From assembly GCA_048938445.1 (NCBI GenBank), contig JBHLME010000073.1, forward strand, positions 1-22,189: a stretch of 22,189 bases of DNA, read 5' to 3'. This document shows, one piece after another, positions 17,998 through 22,189 of this stretch. Source of the stretch: Promethearchaeota archaeon. Lineage in GTDB: Archaea; Asgardarchaeota; Lokiarchaeia; Sigyniarchaeales; SOKP01. A program made the position numbers and the translations under genes. Below the pieces are notes generated by a model. The model was not told the DNA's origin. It was given only the letters and a program-made list of their open reading frames with translations, and ran no database searches. Position 1 is the stretch's first letter. The number at the start of each line of letters is the position of its first letter.

Positions 17998-19125
17998 TTA
18001 GACAACTTTTTTAGAAAAGTTTACCATGCATTCTTGAACTTTATAATTTGGGATTATTAATTCTGCGGCACCAGTTTCAGCAGCTATTTTTGGCATTCCG
18101 TATAAAATACATGTTTCCTTTGATTCTGTTATTGCTCTCCCTCCCATTTCTTTAATAGCTCTTAGTCCTTCTACACCATCGGACCCCATACCTGTTAAAA
18201 GTATACCCATGCATTGCTTTCCATAAATTTTTGCTGCTGAAAAAAACAAAACATCGACAGAAGGAATACAAAAATTAACAGGTTGTCCTTCAAATGTTCT
18301 AATTCCCGGCTTGTTATTTTTCATAATGATTTCCATGTGTTTGCCGCCAGGTGCCAAATAAATCGTATTCAGTTTGATTAATTCACCATTTTCTGGAATC
18401 TTGACTTTAACCTTGCATAAATTATTAAGACTATCACAAAATTGCTTCATAAAATGTTCATTCATGTGTTGAACGATAAATATTGGAATTGGAAAATCTT
18501 TCGGGATCGTAGCTAAAATTGTTTTTAAGGTTCTAGGCCCTCCAACACTAGCACCCATAACAATTATATTAGTATTTAACCTTAATATAGGGATCTCTTT
18601 TTTTTCTTTTGGTTTTGTTATTGACTTCTCAATTTTATCAATGTCAACTTTAATAACCTTTCCCATAATGTTCTTTTGTTCGACTAATGCATTCATGAAT
18701 GTTTCATGTCGCATCTTGTAGTTTTTATTTATTTTAGATGCAATAATTATCTTCTCAATTAATTGTTCCTTGCATTTTGGTAATTCTGTCTGCCATTCCC
18801 CTTTAGGTTTTTGAATGTAATCAACTGCTCCTAAGAGCAATGCTTGAACTGCATAATCAAGATTAGTAGGATCTAGTGCAGAAAAGATGATTGTTGGTAT
18901 TGGATAATGTTCTGATAAAAATTCAAAAGCTTCAAAACCATCCATTTCGGGCATGATGAGATCCAAGATCAGAACATCTGGATTATGCTTTCCAATCTTT
19001 TGAATTGCGTCTTTACCATTTCTAGCAATTCCTACAACTTCTATATCTTCTTCCTTATCTATCATGTTTTTAATTATTTTTCTCTGAAATGAAGAATCAT
19101 CTGCGATTAGTACTTTTATTGACAT
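17998..19125 (-). CDS. cheB: Chemotaxis response regulator protein-glutamate methylesterase
   Basis: REC domain (IADDS, LDLIMPEMDG, KP) plus methylesterase triad motifs GASVGGP, QHM and LTGMGSDG, and YGMP. Confidence 0.95.
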   Translation of the reverse strand: MSIKVLIADDSSFQRKIIKNMIDKEEDIEVVGIARNGKDAIQKIGKHNPDVLILDLIMPEMDGFEAFEFLSEHYPIPTIIFSALDPTNLDYAVQALLLGAVDYIQKPKGEWQTELPKCKEQLIEKIIIASKINKNYKMRHETFMNALVEQKNIMGKVIKVDIDKIEKSITKPKEKKEIPILRLNTNIIVMGASVGGPRTLKTILATIPKDFPIPIFIVQHMNEHFMKQFCDSLNNLCKVKVKIPENGELIKLNTIYLAPGGKHMEIIMKNNKPGIRTFEGQPVNFCIPSVDVLFFSAAKIYGKQCMGILLTGMGSDGVEGLRAIKEMGGRAITESKETCILYGMPKIAAETGAAELIIPNYKVQECMVNFSKKVV

Positions 19126-19243
19126 TGCTCTTAGCCTCTCATTTTTAATAATAGAAATTTCTTAAAAATTTATTCTTTTAAAAAAGCTAGTTTAAGAATG
19201 AAAATTATTAAAATGTTTCAATAGAACAGTGAGAATTTATAAT

Positions 19244-20641
19244 TTATTTTTCTTTAATATGAATTTGATTAAGGTAATATAAACTAATTATAAAGAAGAT
19301 TGCCATTGATGCAAAAACAATAATAATTATTGTTTCATTACTTCTATTTTCACCTGTAAAGACAAATGCTAAGATTATATTTGAAACAGCTGGACCAAAT
19401 GAAATAGTAAATGATAATAAGCCCATATAAGCTCCAGATATTTTTGAAACATTATTTTCTCTATCATTATTACCATTTTTCATTGCTGCTTCTGAAATTA
19501 AATTCGCAGCTATAGGAGTAGAGTATAACCTGAAAGCATAGATAGAACCCAATAAAAGTCCCACGGTAAGTATAAATATTAAAATCTTAATTTCAAATCC
19601 AATATTTTCAAATAAATAGAGCAAAATAATAATTGCTGCGAATATGCACAAAATAGTACATGCTTTGTAAGATTTTAAAATATTTTTTTTATCTTGGAGG
19701 TACCTCCAAATAAAAAACCATCCAATTTTATTTGATATTGATACAATGGGATAGATATAATAATTTATCCCCTCAAATAACATTACAAAATCAAGAAATG
19801 GTATAATGATAAATCCCATAATACCAAGAGCAACATTACTGTATAAATTTACAAATATGAATTTTCGATATTTTATGTCTTTAAGCGGTTCTATCATATT
19901 TTTAAAAGTGGTAGTTATTGAAATTCTATTTGATTTATTTATTTGATTGATTTCATGAAAGCTCTCATCGACAGATAAAAAGGTAATGATCAATCCTATT
20001 ACAGCAAAACAAGTAAAAAAAAGACCTACAATGGGGGTGAAAATCGTAATAATCCCTCCACTGAGAGTCCACCAAAATCTATCTTTCTGAGGAAGAAAAC
20101 TTCTTACTATTAAAGGGGGGATTAAACCTATTATTGAAGCAATTATAAGATAAAAAGTGGTTGTAGATGCAACTTTTTTCCTGTTTTGAAAAGTTTCTGA
20201 TTGCTCAGGTAGCATTGATGCGTGAGGGGATAATATGGATGCTGAAACAATAGAATTTAAAATTCCGATAGACCAAAAATATAATGCTGTGGGAAGATAA
20301 AAAGAATTTCCTTCGGGGCAAAGTGGCGGTATCCATATCAATAAGCTGCTAACTGCCCAAATGGGTAATCCATATAATAAAAATGGTCGTCTCTTACCAA
20401 ATTTACCAGGTGTCTTATTATCTGAAATCACACCGAATATTATTGAAAATATAGCATTTACTAACATTTGAACGGCAATTCCAAATAATACAATTATGGA
20501 ATCTAAATTAATAGTATAAATGTAATAATTCGCAACAAAAACATTAATGTAGATAGTATTTAGAAATACTGCAAAATAACCAATTATATACCCAATTAAT
20601 TTTTTTCCGTGTAATTCTCTTGGAACAAAAATATTTTCCAT
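19244..20641 (-). CDS. MFS transporter, GPH/MelB-like family
   Basis: About 12 hydrophobic segments and the signature loop GVISDNKTPGKFGKRRPFLL. Confidence 0.85.
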   Translation of the reverse strand: MENIFVPRELHGKKLIGYIIGYFAVFLNTIYINVFVANYYIYTINLDSIIVLFGIAVQMLVNAIFSIIFGVISDNKTPGKFGKRRPFLLYGLPIWAVSSLLIWIPPLCPEGNSFYLPTALYFWSIGILNSIVSASILSPHASMLPEQSETFQNRKKVASTTTFYLIIASIIGLIPPLIVRSFLPQKDRFWWTLSGGIITIFTPIVGLFFTCFAVIGLIITFLSVDESFHEINQINKSNRISITTTFKNMIEPLKDIKYRKFIFVNLYSNVALGIMGFIIIPFLDFVMLFEGINYYIYPIVSISNKIGWFFIWRYLQDKKNILKSYKACTILCIFAAIIILLYLFENIGFEIKILIFILTVGLLLGSIYAFRLYSTPIAANLISEAAMKNGNNDRENNVSKISGAYMGLLSFTISFGPAVSNIILAFVFTGENRSNETIIIIVFASMAIFFIISLYYLNQIHIKEK

Positions 20642-20745
20642 GGTATTAAGAAATTAAATAAAAAAAATAATTTTATGATTTTGAAGTTAAAATTTCTTAT
20701 AATTCAAATTAAAAATAGATCTTTTTTTTGTTGAAGTTATAATTA

Positions 20746-22189
20746 CTAATTTTCTTCTTTTAATCGCTTTTCAATATTTTTAATGGCTTTTGATGCGGTG
20801 ATTTTAACAATTCCATGGAAATCATTTACATATTTTAAGATTACCTTTATTGATGTTTTCTCTCCATAGGATTCTAAAAAATTAATTATACTTAGTCTTA
20901 CTTTATAATATTCATCAGAATGTTCATTAAGAAAATCTACTAGTCTTTCAATTCGCATCGTAAAAAACCTTCTTAGTTGACTTTCTTTATTTTTTAATAT
21001 TTTCTTGTTTTTATGAAAAATATTATTGATGGCATCAACGGACACTTTCTTGAGTAGCCAGTATACATCTTTATCATCTATAATATTTAGTAGTGGATCT
21101 ATCGCCTCTTTGCTACCAATTTTTCCTAATGCAATGATGGAATTCTTTTTTATTTCAAAATTTTCCTCAGTTATTAGTATCAATAATGGTTCCAAAAATT
21201 TAGGATCGGACAATTCCCCCATAATGATGGCAATACTAGCTTTAAGAATATCATTATCAAAATTTAAAGAGTAATATAAAGAATCATAAGTTGGATATGT
21301 AGTGTTCAAGTAAATTTTTTTAACAGATTCAATTATGTACCATTTCATGTCAAAATCTATGTACTCAAAATTACTTGCTTCAATATCGAGGATTATTAAT
21401 AGTTTGGGAATAATTGATATATCTCCGATTTCTCCTAAAGCTTGAATTGCAGCAATAGTTATTTCTTCATACATGCTATCAAGCTGATGGATTATTAAAT
21501 CAGCAGCATCTTTAATTTTTAGTTTACCAATTAAAATTATAGCATTCTTTTTAATAACTAGTTCTTCATGATTCAAGAAATTAATAAGTATTGGATAAAT
21601 TTCTTCACCTAATAATTCTAATATAATTGTAGCACTTTTATTAAGCTGATAATCATCCTCTTGAAAAACAGATATTAACAAATCAATTAGGAAATCCTTA
21701 CTCTCGAGCAGTATAGATATTATTTCAGGATGATTCATTTTTATTAAATCCGCTTCCTTATGAGATAGACTTATTTCTGAAAGTTCATAACCTATTAATT
21801 TAACGAGTGTAATTTCATATTTTTCTGATAAATTTTCTTTTTTTAAAGAATTTAATAATAAGTTCAGTAATTTTACTGGACCTAAATTAATCAATCTATT
21901 TTTAATGCAATTCTTGATTGCTTTATCTTTACAATTTCACTGTTTTATGAAGAGTTCTATTTCTGGGTCTTCAAAACGAATGCTAGCAATAGCTCTTAAT
22001 ATATGCATTTTTACCTCGTTATCAATTGAATCTTTTTCTAATATCCATTTTAAAGGTTTTAAACCCCTCTTATCATTTAGTCTACCAAGCGCTTTAGCAG
22101 CTTCGCATTTTATCTGTAAATTTTCATCAGAAATTAAAAGATTTTCAAAAATTTCAAAACAATTTAAATCTCGAAATAATCCTAAATAT
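20746..22189 (-). CDS. HEAT-repeat protein, 5'-truncated by the window edge, with an in-frame TGA at 21937-21939 (possible pseudogene or sequencing error)
   Basis: Repeats such as AAIQALGEIGD and SIIALGKIGSKEAIDPL. The same frame continues upstream past one TGA as ...LQIKCEAAKALGRLNDKRGLKPL...ELFIKQ*NCKDKAIKNC... Confidence 0.8.

Noticed and set aside
1866-21274. Short antisense or overlapping ORFs (e.g. 1866-2060, 2595-2837, 3026-3340, 4392-4700, 7459-7896, 10131-10343, 15313-15504, 16667-16978, 21026-21274)
   Set aside because: They are shadow ORFs overlapping well-supported genes and have no recognisable motifs.

Overview
Very AT-rich archaeal-type window. Its gene content (Rag/Gtr1-like GTPase, MglA-like GTPase, arrestin-fold protein, PCI-like protein, 7TM-zinc-finger protein, TrmB, FrhB paralogs) most resembles Asgard archaea (Lokiarchaeia); this is inferred, not shown. 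The ORF track fragments the main signal, a selenoprotein operon. hdrA (2661-4670) and mvhD/vhuD (4692-5123) each carry two in-frame TGA codons at conserved Cys positions. They are followed by a single eukaryote-like SECIS hairpin (ATGA..AA loop..GA, ~5113-5183) that overlaps the vhuD stop, then an FrhB-family gene. A second cluster on the minus strand has an FrhB paralog and an arrestin-fold protein that share a C-terminal Ig-like domain, on either side of a Rag-like GTPase. Also present are a duplicated MBL-fold hydrolase pair bracketing a 7TM + C4C4 zinc-finger gene, a gene that seems to start at ATA, an orphan cheB, an MFS transporter and a HEAT-repeat gene interrupted by an in-frame TGA. 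No rRNA, tRNA, CRISPR array or mobile element was recognised.
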